DNA of 64,000 nucleotides. It comes from an uncultured delta proteobacterium. Lineage in GTDB: Bacteria; Myxococcota_A; Polyangia; Polyangiales; JAFGIB01. The position numbers and the translations under genes are program-made. Positions within the stretch are counted from its first letter, which is position 1, and every line of letters starts with the position of its first letter. Location: the NCBI GenBank assembly GCA_963778655.1, contig CAVZVA010000012.1, positions 32,001-96,000 on the forward strand. The letters run 5' to 3'. Below the pieces are notes generated by a model that was not told the origin of the DNA, did no database searches, and saw only the letters and a list, made by a program, of their open reading frames with translations. Below are positions 1-9,521 of this stretch, piece after piece.

Positions 1-42
1 ACACTGTGGGCTCTCAGAAGCATGACCCCCCTGTTTCTCAGA

Positions 43-256
43 CTCGGGTTTCGCCGTTTTTCATAGTCTATGCGGCGCGAGCAAGCGCTGTAACGGCGGG
101 CTGACGCAGGGGTCGTGCGAGTGGTCGTAAGTTACCGTAACCACGAGCCGGATCCAAAACGTCGATGCGCAACAAGAGGCGCTGCGCGGCGCGCAGGATG
201 TCTGCGAAGCAGGCGTGATGTTTGTGTGTGTACCACGGTCTGTAGCCGGCCACCAC
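43..256 (-). pseudogene. C-terminal remnant of a DDE transposase (IS701-like) with probable IS end
   Basis: ORF 68-256 contains PWYTHKHHACFADILRAAQR, resembling the PWY..K...FAD.L...R C-terminal motif of these transposases. The stop is followed by AAAACGGCGAAACCCGAG (minus strand, 43-60), which resembles an IS terminus. The N-terminal part is absent. Confidence 0.55.
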
Positions 257-329
257 GATCCGAAGAATCCGGACGCGATCTCGCGGGCGGCGTGGCGTCC
301 CGCGAGACCGCGCCCGGTCACCGACGCGA

Positions 330-1103
330 TCAGCGCTTCTTGAGCGCGCGCTTCTTGTCGAGCCCCTCCTTGCGTTCCTTCTCGCGCCAGGAGTCGGCGT
401 CGATGTCGAAGACGTGGCAGTGCTGAGCGAAGCGGTCTACGAGCGCGCCTAGACACGGAGCGTCGCCGAAGACGGTGCCCCACTGCTTGTAGGCGAGGTT
501 GGTGGTGATGACGATGGCTCTGTTTTCGTGACGGTTGCTCACGATGCGGAAGAGAAGGTCGGCGGCGTCCGAGTTGCACGGCACGTACCCGAGCTCATCG
601 ACGATGAGCAGATCGCAGTGGGTGTAGCGGCGCAGCCGGCGCTCGATCGCAGGCAGCGACTCTTGTCGGAGCAGGTCGGCGAGTGCTGCGGCGAGCGTGA
701 TGAAACGGACGGTGTAGCCCTTGGCAAGCGCAGCCAGGCCGAGGTGCTTGGCCAGCGTGCTCTTGCCGACACCGGCCTGGCCTCGGAAGAGGATGTTTTC
801 GCCGCGCTCCATGAAGCCCAGGGACTCGTGGAGCTCCTCGAAGAGCTCGCGTTCGATCGCGCGCGGGTGAGTCCAATCGAAGCGGTCCAGCGGTTTGACA
901 CGTCCGAGCGTGGCCGCCTTGGTGCGCGCGGCGAGGTTGCGAGCATCGCGTTCGCGTTTCTCGAGCGTGGAGAGCTCGAGCAGGGTCTGCGCTGGAGACA
1001 TGCTGCTCTTGGTGGCGTGCGCGAGCAGCGCGCGCAGCGCGTCAGCGCCGGCGCGGAAGCCGAGCGCGCGGATCGCCTCGGCCGGGTCATTCGCCGTCGT
1101 CAT
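330..1103 (-). CDS. istB: IS21-family ATP-binding helper protein IstB
   Basis: Walker A GQAGVGKS, Walker B LLIVDELGY, ITTNL and ALVDRF motifs; 257 aa; overlaps the end of an istA-like fragment. Confidence 0.93.
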   Translation of the reverse strand: MTTANDPAEAIRALGFRAGADALRALLAHATKSSMSPAQTLLELSTLEKRERDARNLAARTKAATLGRVKPLDRFDWTHPRAIERELFEELHESLGFMERGENILFRGQAGVGKSTLAKHLGLAALAKGYTVRFITLAAALADLLRQESLPAIERRLRRYTHCDLLIVDELGYVPCNSDAADLLFRIVSNRHENRAIVITTNLAYKQWGTVFGDAPCLGALVDRFAQHCHVFDIDADSWREKERKEGLDKKRALKKR

Positions 1104-1370
1104 CGTAGCCTCCGAGGTCGTGCTGAATGACGTCGCGGTCGACGACGTGCGGGCCGATCTCGACCGGCAGCACGCGCCGTGGCTTGTTGCGGCGCTGCTC
1201 GCAGAGGATGGCCAGCGCGCCGAAGTCGTGGCCGCCCTTTGCCAATAGCTCGTCCACCGCGGCGGTGAGGACGCGCGCGCCGTAGAGGTCGAGCAGCTTG
1301 AGCGTGCGCACCACGAGCGAGCCGACGTTGCGGCCGTCCTCGAGCCAGCGGCGCATCAGCTCGTCCCCCA
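1087..1370 (-). pseudogene. istA: IS21 transposase IstA, C-terminal fragment only
   Basis: C-terminal segment (LKLLDLYG...HDLGGYD) directly upstream of and overlapping istB. It is cut off at the repeat motif at 1371-1392. Confidence 0.75.
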
Positions 1371-1392
1371 CATCAACCTGGGGCAGGTACCC
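1371..1392 (-). repeat. Type-B end motif of the Y1 element, reverse orientation
   Basis: CATCAACCTGGGGCAGGTACCC is the exact reverse complement of GGGTACCTGCCCCAGGTTGATG seen at 6223, 7234 and 10875. Confidence 0.9.
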
Positions 1393-1822
1393 TACACGCG
1401 ACAGCAATGATGCGCTCGACCGCGAAGATCCGTGATGCGCTCCGCGCGCGGCACTTCGACTTTCCAACGGCCACGACGCCCGCCTCTTCGAGCCGAGCGA
1501 GCATCCCGTGAAGCCCCCGCTGAAACACCTCGCGCAGGAACGCGAGATCAAGCGCGCCGCTGGTCGAGAGGAGATGCAATAGCCGCAAGTCCATCGCTCG
1601 CAGGCGCTCGCGTTCTGCGCTCCAACTCCGCGCGATCTCGCTGCGCCAAACCACCGCCACGAGGTCCGGAAATCCTGTCTCGATCGCAGGCTGCGCGAAC
1701 ACGGTGAGGCTTCGCCCAGGTGCGAGCCGTGTCTTCGCTGCTTCCAGGAACGCTTCGACGAGGACCTGCTCCGGGCCAGCCATTGCGCCACGGAATCGAA
1801 GTCCGAGGCCGCCCCCGCACAT
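1393..1822 (-). pseudogene. Truncated hypothetical protein, possibly PD-(D/E)xK nuclease-like
   Basis: Reads ...ETGFPDLVAVVW...wHTH-like middle...RIFAVERIIAVA, cut at the repeat where an E-x-K motif would be expected. Lies downstream of hsdR. Start uncertain (1783 or 1822). Confidence 0.4.
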
Positions 1823-1938
1823 CACCCGGTCGAGAGATGCGCCCACGAGGCAGTTCGACCATGAGGCATCGTTTCCTGCACGCCGTGCCTTCCGCGCGCT
1901 CGCACCTCGAGCAGAATCGACATCGACAGCCGTGCCCA

Positions 1939-2975
1939 TCATGCGGCCTTCCGCTTGGGGAAGAGCCCGCTGGTGCTCTGCTGCCAGATGTGGCGGTACG
2001 CGCGCTTCGCAGCAGCCTCTTTCTCCTCGGCTGTGAAGGGGGGCGTCGGCAAGGCCTGGAACACGTGATCGAGGATGAAGACCTCGACCTCTGCCTGGGT
2101 CTGTTCCTTCTGCGTCCACTTATCGAGCGGAGCGATGAGCCGCTGGAGCTCCGCGAGCAGACTTCGACTCGCGAGCTTGAGCTTCTCGCGTTCGGTCTTG
2201 CTCAAGTTCTCCTTCTTCAGCAGGTCGAAGAGCGCGAGTTCTTCTTCTTCGAGACCCTCTTCAACAGCGCGTTGCTGCTCCTCATCCAGGCTCTTGGCGA
2301 GTTCGATGAGCTTCGCGAATGTGTCTTCGATCGTGACGCGGTCCTTCTCTCGGTTGTAGTCCGCGACGATTTCCGCGTACTTCCGGTAGTAGTCCATCCG
2401 GAGCGGATTCTGCTGGAGCATCAGGGCGAGCTTCTTCTCGACCAACTCCCGGACGTCCTGTAGCGCGCTCGCCTTGCGCTTGACCTTCTTCGCGAACTCG
2501 TCCCGGAGCTTTTCCAGGTCGATCTGACTGAGATCGAAGAGCTTGGACTCGGTCTGGTCGTCGCCCGGGTTCTGCGCCCGGATCGCGTCGTTCACGATTC
2601 GGTGCAGCTCCTTCAGCACCGCGGTCACGTCCGCAGTGTCGCGCCGCTCCGTCAGCTTCTTGTAGATGGCCTCGATGTTGTCGTGGCGCTCAGCGTACGC
2701 AAAGACGGAGGGCTCCATGATGAGTGCCTTGAACCGGATGAAGACCTGGCGACCGAGGATCTCGAACCGTCGCTTGGCGTCGTCCGTCGCGTACACGGCG
2801 TCCACGGCGTCGGCGAGGGCCTGGATGCGCGTGAACCCCTTCGCGCCCTGCAAGCGTGCGGTGTCGAAACCGAGCCCAAGGAGGTGCTTCTCGGTCTCTT
2901 CGATGGCATCGAGGAGAGCCTGCACACGCTCCTCGATAGGAGCCACGATTTCCTCGTCCCCACCCGCACCGTCCG
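1939..2975 (-). pseudogene. hsdR: Type I restriction endonuclease subunit R, C-terminal third (DUF3387-like region)
   Basis: Typical HsdR C-terminal sequence (NPLRMDYYRKYAEIVADYN...GLEEEELALFDLL...W.QKEQTQAEV). Nuclease and helicase domains are missing and the sequence changes abruptly near 2975. Confidence 0.8.
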
Positions 2976-3143
2976 CCGCGCGGCGCCGTTTCGCAAATCC
3001 AGGAATATGTCAACTTCGCTGAAGCGCCAAAGCCGGACTGGAGGTCTTAATGCTTCCTAGCGTCCGGCTCGCCGCTGCCGCCGGAAGCGAGGACTTCCGC
3101 TCGGACGTGCGGCAGCAGGTGCCGCAGCATCAAGTCCCGCGCG

Positions 3144-4363
3144 GAGACCCTGTCCCAGGTTGACGGGAGGGGGAGGAGGGCCGTGCGGAGGGTGGGGGCG
3201 CTTCGGAGGAGGATCGGGCGCCGACGCAGCTCGCTTGCGCGCCGTGGAGATGCAAAATCGGGGCGCGCCGTGCGGTGAAGATGCAATGCTGCAATTGGCG
3301 ATGCGCGCAGGACGGAGCTGTCCGTCCGCGCGCGCTGCGCGAGCCACGAGCGTCGGCGATGCGGCTGTGGCTATCCGGTGTCGAGCGGTGGGCAGGCGGT
3401 CTCGAGCGGGGCGCAGGCTACGCGTGCGAAGCGTGCGAGCCAGAAGGTGCCGGCGGGGAACACGCAGGCCAGGCCGTGACGCCACTTGTGCAGGGCCTCA
3501 CGGTAGGCGGAGCGGAACGCGTTCAGGATGGCGCGGCCTCGGCGTTGGCCTTCGGCGGTTCCGGCGGCGAAGGCGGGGTTGAGCTTGCCCTTGCGACGTG
3601 GGGTCTTGGGAGCATCGAACGGGTTGAGCTTCTCCAGTCGCTTGGTGCCCCAAAACGTCTTGCCGTCGCGGGCGGTCTGGACGCGGATCGCGCGCTGGCG
3701 CTCGGCGATCAGCGCTTCCATGTCGGCGACCACGTGCTGCGGGTCGCGGTCGGCGAGCGCCGGCGGCAGCGTGTAGCGCACCGGCACCTCGGCCCAGCGC
3801 TTGTCCTTCTGCCCGAAGTGAAACTCGGGCCGCTTGACGGTAGCCGGCGCAGCAAGCCAATCCGCCGGGGTCGAGCGCACGCCGTGCCAGTCGCGGAAGT
3901 CGCGCACCAGCAATGCCTGCACCACGTTGACGAACAGATAGCCGCACTTGTCGATCACGGCCTCGCGGTCGTGGAGCGTGACGGACGAGTAGGGGTCATC
4001 GGACCAGAAGGCCTCGGAGCGGTCGTAGAGCTCGTTCATGCACTTGGCGAGCTCGCGGTTGACCCAGGCCATGAAGCCGGGCAGCTCGCCGCGGGGGTCG
4101 GTGAGGACGGCGTGGTAGTGGTTGTCGAGCACCTGCAGGGCGTGCATCGAGACGCCGTAGACCTCGGCGGCGCGGTGGAAGCAATACAGCGCGGCCTGCC
4201 GGGACTGGGCCGTGGGCTTGAGCAGGAACTGTCGCTGGCTGACGCGGCGGGTGACGAGATAGGTGGTCTGCGGCAAGACCTGTCGGGGCAGGGTCACGCA
4301 CGCGGTATCGGCCGGGACGGCCGCCGGTTGCGCACCTTCGTCCGCACCTTCGTAAACCTGGGA
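3144..4363 (-). mobile_element. Full-length Y1/HUH transposase element, copy 1 (type-A end)
   Basis: GAGACCCTGTCCCAGGTTGAC at 3144, then ~230 bp non-coding, the transposase gene, and the inverted end GTAAACCTGGGA at 4352-4363. Confidence 0.85.
3371..4297 (-). CDS. IS200-like Y1 HUH transposase (REP-associated tyrosine transposase, RAYT type), 308 aa
   Basis: N-terminal YLVTRRV, HUH motif NHYH, catalytic-Tyr helix KCGYLFVNVVQALLV...DW, C-terminal FPAGTFW extension. GTG start inferred from conservation with copy 2. Confidence 0.88.
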   Translation of the reverse strand: MTLPRQVLPQTTYLVTRRVSQRQFLLKPTAQSRQAALYCFHRAAEVYGVSMHALQVLDNHYHAVLTDPRGELPGFMAWVNRELAKCMNELYDRSEAFWSDDPYSSVTLHDREAVIDKCGYLFVNVVQALLVRDFRDWHGVRSTPADWLAAPATVKRPEFHFGQKDKRWAEVPVRYTLPPALADRDPQHVVADMEALIAERQRAIRVQTARDGKTFWGTKRLEKLNPFDAPKTPRRKGKLNPAFAAGTAEGQRRGRAILNAFRSAYREALHKWRHGLACVFPAGTFWLARFARVACAPLETACPPLDTG

Positions 4364-4403
4364 TGAACGACCCCGGGATGAACGACCCCGGGATGAATAA
4401 CCC
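4364..4403 (+). repeat. Tandem 15-bp repeat (TGAACGACCCCGGGA x2 plus partial) at the element right end
   Basis: Seen directly. A related TGGACGACCCGGGA tandem follows copy 2 from 8443. Confidence 0.85.
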
Positions 4404-4741
4404 GCCGATACGTCCTTCTGCCAATATGCGGGTGAGATCATCGACCTCAGCTGCACCCAGGGATGGCTCGGCAGCCACAGGTTTGCCCTAAAGCGTGCGA
4501 CCGCAAATGTTGCGTGCCGTGCGCCAGGGTGTGCCAGCGCCTCCGAGCACGGCGCCCTGCGCGGCCGGGCGTCGCGCGTTGTCCGCCGCGGCACGCGTGT
4601 TGCCCTCTGTGGGACCTGAGCGCGGTCTCCGCTCCGCGTGTCCGTCGCGCGGCGTGCGCGTCGCGGTGCTCGGGCGCGAGCACCGCTCGCAACGAGAGCA
4701 CCGGCAGCGAGTGCAGGTGGTTCCGGGCATTCATCAGGGCT

Positions 4742-4757
4742 CGGCACGGTGCTTGCT
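4742..4757 (+). promoter_or_regulatory. Putative sigma54 -24/-12 promoter
   Basis: CGGCAC-GGTGC-TTGCT matches GGCAC-N5-TTGC with exact spacing, 13 nt upstream of the ATG at 4771. Confidence 0.55.
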
Positions 4758-4770
4758 CTATCGTCAATAC

Positions 4771-5265
4771 ATGACTCGCTCGTTCTCTCGGTCCGAAGGG
4801 TGCTTCGTGGTCTTGATCGGATGTCTGGCCGGCTGCCAAGGCAGCATGGCGTCGCAGCCCGCCCCAGCGAACGCCTCCGGCGGCAGCAGGGGCACGACGC
4901 CGGTTGACGACGTCAACGGGGGCGGCGCTGCGTCGCAGCTTGGCACGGGTGGCGCTGCACCGGGGTCCGGCACGGGCGGATGCCTCGCCATCGGATACCC
5001 TCCTGCGTGCGAGTACGCTTCCCCCTCCGAGTGCCCGAAGGGTGCCCATTGTTACGGCCTCGGGGTCTGCGGCGGTGGCACGGTCTGGTGCTGCGATACG
5101 CCGCCCAGCTGTGGGGCCGACGTGCAACTGGCCGCGAACCAGGCATGCCCATCCGGCGGGGATTGTTACACGCTGTCGCAATGCGAGATCGAGGTCACGT
5201 GCTTTCGGTTCTCCGCCGAGCGCGATGCGGGCACCGGAAGTGCGGACGACGACGGGGGCACGTGA
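4771..5265 (+). CDS. Cys-rich lipoprotein of unknown function
   Basis: Lipobox LAGC, Gly-rich linker, and a Cys-rich C-terminal domain (about 12 Cys). Confidence 0.7.
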   Translation: MTRSFSRSEGCFVVLIGCLAGCQGSMASQPAPANASGGSRGTTPVDDVNGGGAASQLGTGGAAPGSGTGGCLAIGYPPACEYASPSECPKGAHCYGLGVCGGGTVWCCDTPPSCGADVQLAANQACPSGGDCYTLSQCEIEVTCFRFSAERDAGTGSADDDGGT

Positions 5266-5341
5266 GACAATCGATGAGAGCAGGGCGTGGACGCGGGTCT
5301 CTGCCCTCGCGCCAGGTAGACCATCCCCATGCCGCCGCACG

Positions 5342-5429
5342 GAGATCTTGTCCCAGGTTGATCAGAGGGGGAGGAGGGCGGCGCGGAGGGTGGAGGCGCT
5401 TCAGAGGGGGATCGGGCGCCGATCCAGCG
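5342..5429 (-). mobile_element. Truncated element copy (~90 bp from the fixed end)
   Basis: GAGATCTTGTCCCAGGTTGATC followed by the first ~65 bp of the non-coding region. Confidence 0.8.
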
Positions 5430-5430
5430 G

Positions 5431-5737
5431 GAGACCCTGTCCCCGGGAGACCCTGTCCCAGGTTGACGAGAGGGGGAGGAGGGCCGTGCGGAGGGTGGAG
5501 GCGCTTCAGAGGGGGATCGGGCGCCAATCCAGCGCGCTGGCGGGCCGTGGCAGATGCAAAATCGGCGCAGGTCGTGCCGTGAAAGCGCAATGCTGCAATT
5601 GGCGACGCGCGCAGGACGGAGCTGTCCGTCCGCGCGCGCTGCGCGAGCCACGAGCGTCGGCGATGCGGCTGTGGCTATCCGGTGTCGAGCGGTGGGCAGG
5701 CGGTGTCGAGCGGGGCGCAGGCTACGCGTGCGAAGCG
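5431..5737 (-). mobile_element. Truncated element copy (~290 bp) with duplicated end motif
   Basis: GAGACCCTGTCCCCGG followed by GAGACCCTGTCCCAGGTTGACG; extends into the last ~20 codons of the transposase. Confidence 0.85.
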
Positions 5738-5738
5738 G

Positions 5739-6217
5739 GAGACCCTGTCCCAGGTTGACGAGAGGGGGAGGAGGGCCGTGCGGAGGGTGGAGGCGCTTCA
5801 GAGGGGGATCGGGCGCCGATCCAGCGCGCTGGCGGGCCGTGGCAGATGCAAAATCGGCGCAGGTCGTGCCGTGAAAGCGCAATGCTGCAATTGGCGATGC
5901 GCGCAGGACGGAGCTGTCCGTCCGCGCGCGCTGCGCGAGCCACGAGCGTCGGCGATGCGGCTGTGGCTATCCGGTGTCGAGCGGTGGGCAGGCGGTCTCG
6001 AGCGGGGCGCAGGCTACGCGTGCGAAGCGTGCGAGCCAGAAGGTGCCGGCGGGGAACACGCAGGCCAGGCCGTGACGCCACTTGTGCAGGGCCTCACGGT
6101 AGGCGGAGCGGAACGCGTTCAGGATGGCGCGGCCTCGGCGCTGGCCTTCGGCGGTTCCGGCGGCGAAGGTGGGGTTGAGCTTGCCCTTGCGACGCGGGGT
6201 CTTGGGGACGTCGAAGG
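5739..6217 (-). mobile_element. Truncated element copy (~480 bp)
   Basis: Same fixed end; encodes the transposase C-terminus FDVPKTPRRKGKLNP...LDTG. Confidence 0.88.
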
Positions 6218-6222
6218 CGCAC

Positions 6223-6260
6223 GGGTACCTGCCCCAGGTTGATGCGTAAGGGAGGACGGC
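6223..6260 (+). repeat. Type-B end motif stub
   Basis: GGGTACCTGCCCCAGGTTGATGCGTAAGGGAGGACGGC. Confidence 0.85.
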
Positions 6261-6288
6261 GGGCGAATTCTTACGATCCTGCCTATGA

Positions 6289-6307
6289 ATGCTTCTGAGA
6301 GCCCACA
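6289..6307 (-). repeat. 19-bp perfect inverted repeat of positions 5-23 (possible IS/transposon terminus)
   Basis: ATGCTTCTGAGAGCCCACA is the reverse complement of TGTGGGCTCTCAGAAGCAT (5-23). Confidence 0.75.
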
Positions 6308-6534
6308 CCGATCGTCTGATTATACGCTGAAAGTGTGGGACGCGCAGACGGGCGCTCGGCTATCGTCTTGCGCTCGGCTCGCGTCGGCGCGACGATTTTC
6401 TTGCTTGGCGCTCGCGAGTCCCGGAGCCCACAGGTTGTGCAAGGGGGCCCTTGCTGCCCAACCAGAGCGAAGAGGGCAGATCGTCGTGCCGGCGGCGCCG
6501 AGCCCGGTCCCTTTGGCACTCGTGAGAGTCTTCT

Positions 6535-7227
6535 ATGAGAACGAAACGCCTTCTACTCAGCTCGGTTCTTCTCGCCGCATGTGGAGCCTCGGCCTCAGGT
6601 CGCTGCCGAATGAGCGCAGCCTTTCAGCAGAACCCCTACTTGCGAGAGATGCAGCTCAACAGATGTCAAGAGATCGAGAACCTAGAGTATCTGGAACACG
6701 CTCGCCAAGACGAGCACCGGCGCGAGGACGACCGAGAGCAGGTGCGCCAAGCGACTGAACTAGAAAGGGCCCGTGGTGCGGCGGATCGTGAGTCCCAGGA
6801 ATCCCGGCGCGCCGTTCGCTCAGCGCCACGATCACCCGAGCTCGGCGCCACCCCCGCAGAGTCCGACGCGCTATGCGCACGCCAGGGCGGTCATCAGACC
6901 ACCGAAACGCGAGGGGACGGCGTTCTTTTTGTCTGCGGCGTCGGAGCGACACCGATCTATACAGCGCACTTGCCGCCTGGGTCGGAGGTGTTTGATGCCG
7001 TGATGACCCTCTACGAGGGCGCAGACATCGCACAGATGCGCACTATTCTGGAGCAGAAATTGGGAGCGGCTGATTTCGTTGCTGTCGAGGGAGGCTTTCG
7101 CGTCTGGAGGTGGGAGCGGATCACTCCGCGCACGAAGCTCGCGACTTACGCGGGCGGCGTGTCACTCACGGTCTCCGTCGTTGGACCCACTCAAACAACC
7201 TCCGCCGGCGAGGGGGCGCCCAACTAA
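6535..7227 (+). CDS. Hypothetical lipoprotein
   Basis: MRTKRLLLSSVLLAAC lipobox and a coiled-coil segment; stop codon 6 nt before the next element end. Confidence 0.75.
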   Translation: MRTKRLLLSSVLLAACGASASGRCRMSAAFQQNPYLREMQLNRCQEIENLEYLEHARQDEHRREDDREQVRQATELERARGAADRESQESRRAVRSAPRSPELGATPAESDALCARQGGHQTTETRGDGVLFVCGVGATPIYTAHLPPGSEVFDAVMTLYEGADIAQMRTILEQKLGAADFVAVEGGFRVWRWERITPRTKLATYAGGVSLTVSVVGPTQTTSAGEGAPN

Positions 7228-7233
7228 TCTTAT

Positions 7234-8442
7234 GGGTACCTGCCCCAGGTTGATGCGTGGGGGAGGACGGCCGGACAGACGCCGGGTGGGCGGCGGGACG
7301 TGCTTGGGCGCCGATCGGGCGCGGTCGCGGGTCCCGGAGGGTGCAGAATCGGCGCGCGCCGTGCAGTGAAAACGCAACGCTGCAATTGGCGACGCGCGTA
7401 GGACGGAGTTAACCATCCGCGCGCGCCGCGCGAGCATCGGGCGTCGGCGATGCAGGTGTGGCTAACTGCTGTCGAGAGCGGGGCAGGCGGTCTCGAGCGG
7501 GGCGCAGGCTACGCGTGCGAAGCGTGCGAGCCAGAAGGTGCCGGCGGGGAACACGCAGGCCAGGCCGTGACGCCACTTGTGCAGGGCCTCACGGTAGGCG
7601 GAGCGGAACGCGTTCAGGATGGCGCGGCCTCGGCGTTGGCCTTCGGCGGTGCCGGCGGCGAAGGTGGGGTTGAGCTTGCCCTTGGGGCGCGGCGTCTTGG
7701 GGGCGTCGAAGGGATTGAGCTTCTCCAGTCGCTTGGTGCCCCAAAACGTCTTGCCGTCGCGGGCGGTCTGGACGCGGATCGCGCGCTGGCGCTCGGCGAT
7801 CAGCGCTTCCATGTCGGCGACCACGTGCTGCGGGTCGCGGTCGGCGAGCGCCGGCGGCAGCGTGTAGCGCACCGGCACCTCGGCCCAGCGCTTGTCCTTC
7901 TGCCCGAAGTGAAACTCGGGCCGCTTGACGGTAGCCGGCGCAGCAAGCCAATCCGCCGGGGTCGAGCGCACGCCGTGCCAGTCGCGGAAGTCGCGCACCA
8001 GCAATGCCTGCACCACGTTGACGAACAGATAGCCGCACTTGTCGATCACGGCCTCGCGGTCGTGGAGCGTGACGGACGAGTAGGGGTCATCGGACCAGAA
8101 GGCCTCGGAGCGGTCGTAGAGCTCGTTCATGCACTTGGCGAGCTCGCGGTTGACCCAGGCCATGAAGCCGGGCAGCTCGCCGCGGGGGTCGGTGAGGACG
8201 GCGTGGTAGTGGTTGTCGAGCACCTGCAGGGCGTGCATCGAGACGCCGTAGACCTCGGCGGCGCGGTGGAAGCAATACAGCGCGGCCTGCCGGGACTGGG
8301 CCGTGGGCTTGAGCAGGAACTGTCGCTGGCTCACGCGGCGGGTGACGAGGTAGGTGGTCTGCGGCAAGACCTGTCGGGGCAGGGTCACCCACGCGGTATC
8401 GGCCGCCGCAGCCGGCAGTTGCGCCCGTTGGTCAACCTGGGA
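7234..8442 (-). mobile_element. Full-length Y1/HUH transposase element, copy 2 (type-B end)
   Basis: GGGTACCTGCCCCAGGTTGATG at 7234, diverged ~230-bp non-coding region, transposase, and inverted end GTCAACCTGGGA at 8431-8442. Confidence 0.85.
7462..8388 (-). CDS. IS200-like Y1 HUH transposase (RAYT type), 308 aa, near-identical to copy 1
   Basis: Same motifs as copy 1; differs at only a few residues near the C-terminus. Confidence 0.88.
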   Translation of the reverse strand: MTLPRQVLPQTTYLVTRRVSQRQFLLKPTAQSRQAALYCFHRAAEVYGVSMHALQVLDNHYHAVLTDPRGELPGFMAWVNRELAKCMNELYDRSEAFWSDDPYSSVTLHDREAVIDKCGYLFVNVVQALLVRDFRDWHGVRSTPADWLAAPATVKRPEFHFGQKDKRWAEVPVRYTLPPALADRDPQHVVADMEALIAERQRAIRVQTARDGKTFWGTKRLEKLNPFDAPKTPRPKGKLNPTFAAGTAEGQRRGRAILNAFRSAYREALHKWRHGLACVFPAGTFWLARFARVACAPLETACPALDSS

Positions 8443-8565
8443 TGGACGACCCGGGATGGGCGACCCCGACCCCGCAAGCAGGCCCGGGTTCATGCCCCCG
8501 AGCGAGCAATCTAGTATCGGTGCTTGCCCGCGAGCAACTGCCCGCAGTGAGCAGTCGATGCGCGG

Positions 8566-8720
8566 GGGACCCTGCCCAGCGAGGGTACCTGCCCGGGGTT
8601 GATGCGTGGGGGAGGACGGCGGCAGAGACGTCAGACGGGAGGGGGGTACCTGCCCGGGGTTGATGCGTGGGGCTGGTGCAACCTGGGACAGGCGCTTGGA
8701 CCGGGACAGGTGCTTGGACC
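8566..8720. repeat. Cluster of end motifs including a mini inverted pair (REPIN-like)
   Basis: Motifs at 8583 and 8644 (GGGTACCTGCCCGGGGTTGATGCG), inverted GCAACCTGGGACAGG at ~8678-8692, and tandem GGGACAGGYGCTTGGACC x2. Confidence 0.8.
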
Positions 8721-8881
8721 TCGGTCACGGCAACAACCTGTATCTGGTACGTCTTCACTACGTGCCACCGCACGCAACGGCGAAGGCATGCCGCGGGAGC
8801 TCACCGGCGACGCTATCTTCGCGCGCAAGAACGCGGCTCGCTCCAACACGTTGACTCCCAAGCTGGCTGCACTGTGCTAGA

Positions 8882-9130
8882 GTGCCCCCATACGTGGACC
8901 GCGAGCTGACCATCCGCATGGCACGCACCTTCGACGAGGCCGACCGGCTTGATCGACAGGACCTCGCGCGGCTGACGGCAGCTGAGCGCGTCCTTGCTGC
9001 CATCGAGATCTGCACCGGAGCTTATGGGCGCAAGGCTTCCCCCCGACTGGCGCGAGTTCTTCGCCGAGCTGACGGCCCACGAGGTGCAGTTCGTGGTGAT
9101 CGGCGCGCTCGCCGTCGCCGCTCACGCTGA
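8882..9130 (+). CDS. Small protein, likely partner of the downstream nucleotidyltransferase
   Basis: Contains EADRLD...LTAAERV...RLARVLRR, typical of small genes overlapping such nucleotidyltransferases. Confidence 0.55.
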   Translation: MPPYVDRELTIRMARTFDEADRLDRQDLARLTAAERVLAAIEICTGAYGRKASPRLARVLRRADGPRGAVRGDRRARRRRSR

Positions 9131-9521
9131 GCCGCGGTTCTCCGAAGACCTCGACATCTTCGCGCGGCCCTCGGCGACGAACGCGAAGAAGCTGCGCGCG
9201 GCGTTGATCGCGTTCGGCTTCGGTGATGCCGTTCCCACTGCCCGGGAGCTGGCGAAAGCCGGCCCGATCTGGATGCTCGGGCGCAAGCCCTTGCGCATCG
9301 ACATCCTCACACGGATCAGCGGTGTATCGTGGGAGCGGGCGTGGGCCGGCCGTGTGACGGTGGACCTCGACGGCTTGTCGCTGCCGGTGCTCGGCCGCGC
9401 CGAGCTGATCACCAACAAGCGGGCGTCGGGCCGACCCAAGGACCTGCGCGATCTCGAGGTCCTCGAACGCGGTGGCACCCGCCCGACAAAGGCCAAGCGA
9501 CGCTCTAAGCGCGGCCGGTAG
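9024..9521 (+). CDS. Nucleotidyltransferase family protein (DNA pol beta superfamily)
   Basis: VVIGALAVAAH..PRFSEDLDI motif and C-terminal LITNKRASGRPKDLRDLE. Confidence 0.85.
   Translation: MGARLPPDWREFFAELTAHEVQFVVIGALAVAAHAEPRFSEDLDIFARPSATNAKKLRAALIAFGFGDAVPTARELAKAGPIWMLGRKPLRIDILTRISGVSWERAWAGRVTVDLDGLSLPVLGRAELITNKRASGRPKDLRDLEVLERGGTRPTKAKRRSKRGR

Noticed and set aside
1087..1791. 234-aa ORF as a real gene
   Set aside because: It is a chance read-through across the repeat junction joining two unrelated fragments.
3275..4366. Long + strand ORFs opposite the transposases (also 7450-8514)
   Set aside because: Antisense shadows of GC-rich coding sequence with no recognisable motifs.
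4298..4747. N-terminal extension of transposase copy 1 to 458 aa
   Set aside because: Not shared with copy 2, and it crosses the element end and tandem repeat; GTG at 4297 is preferred.
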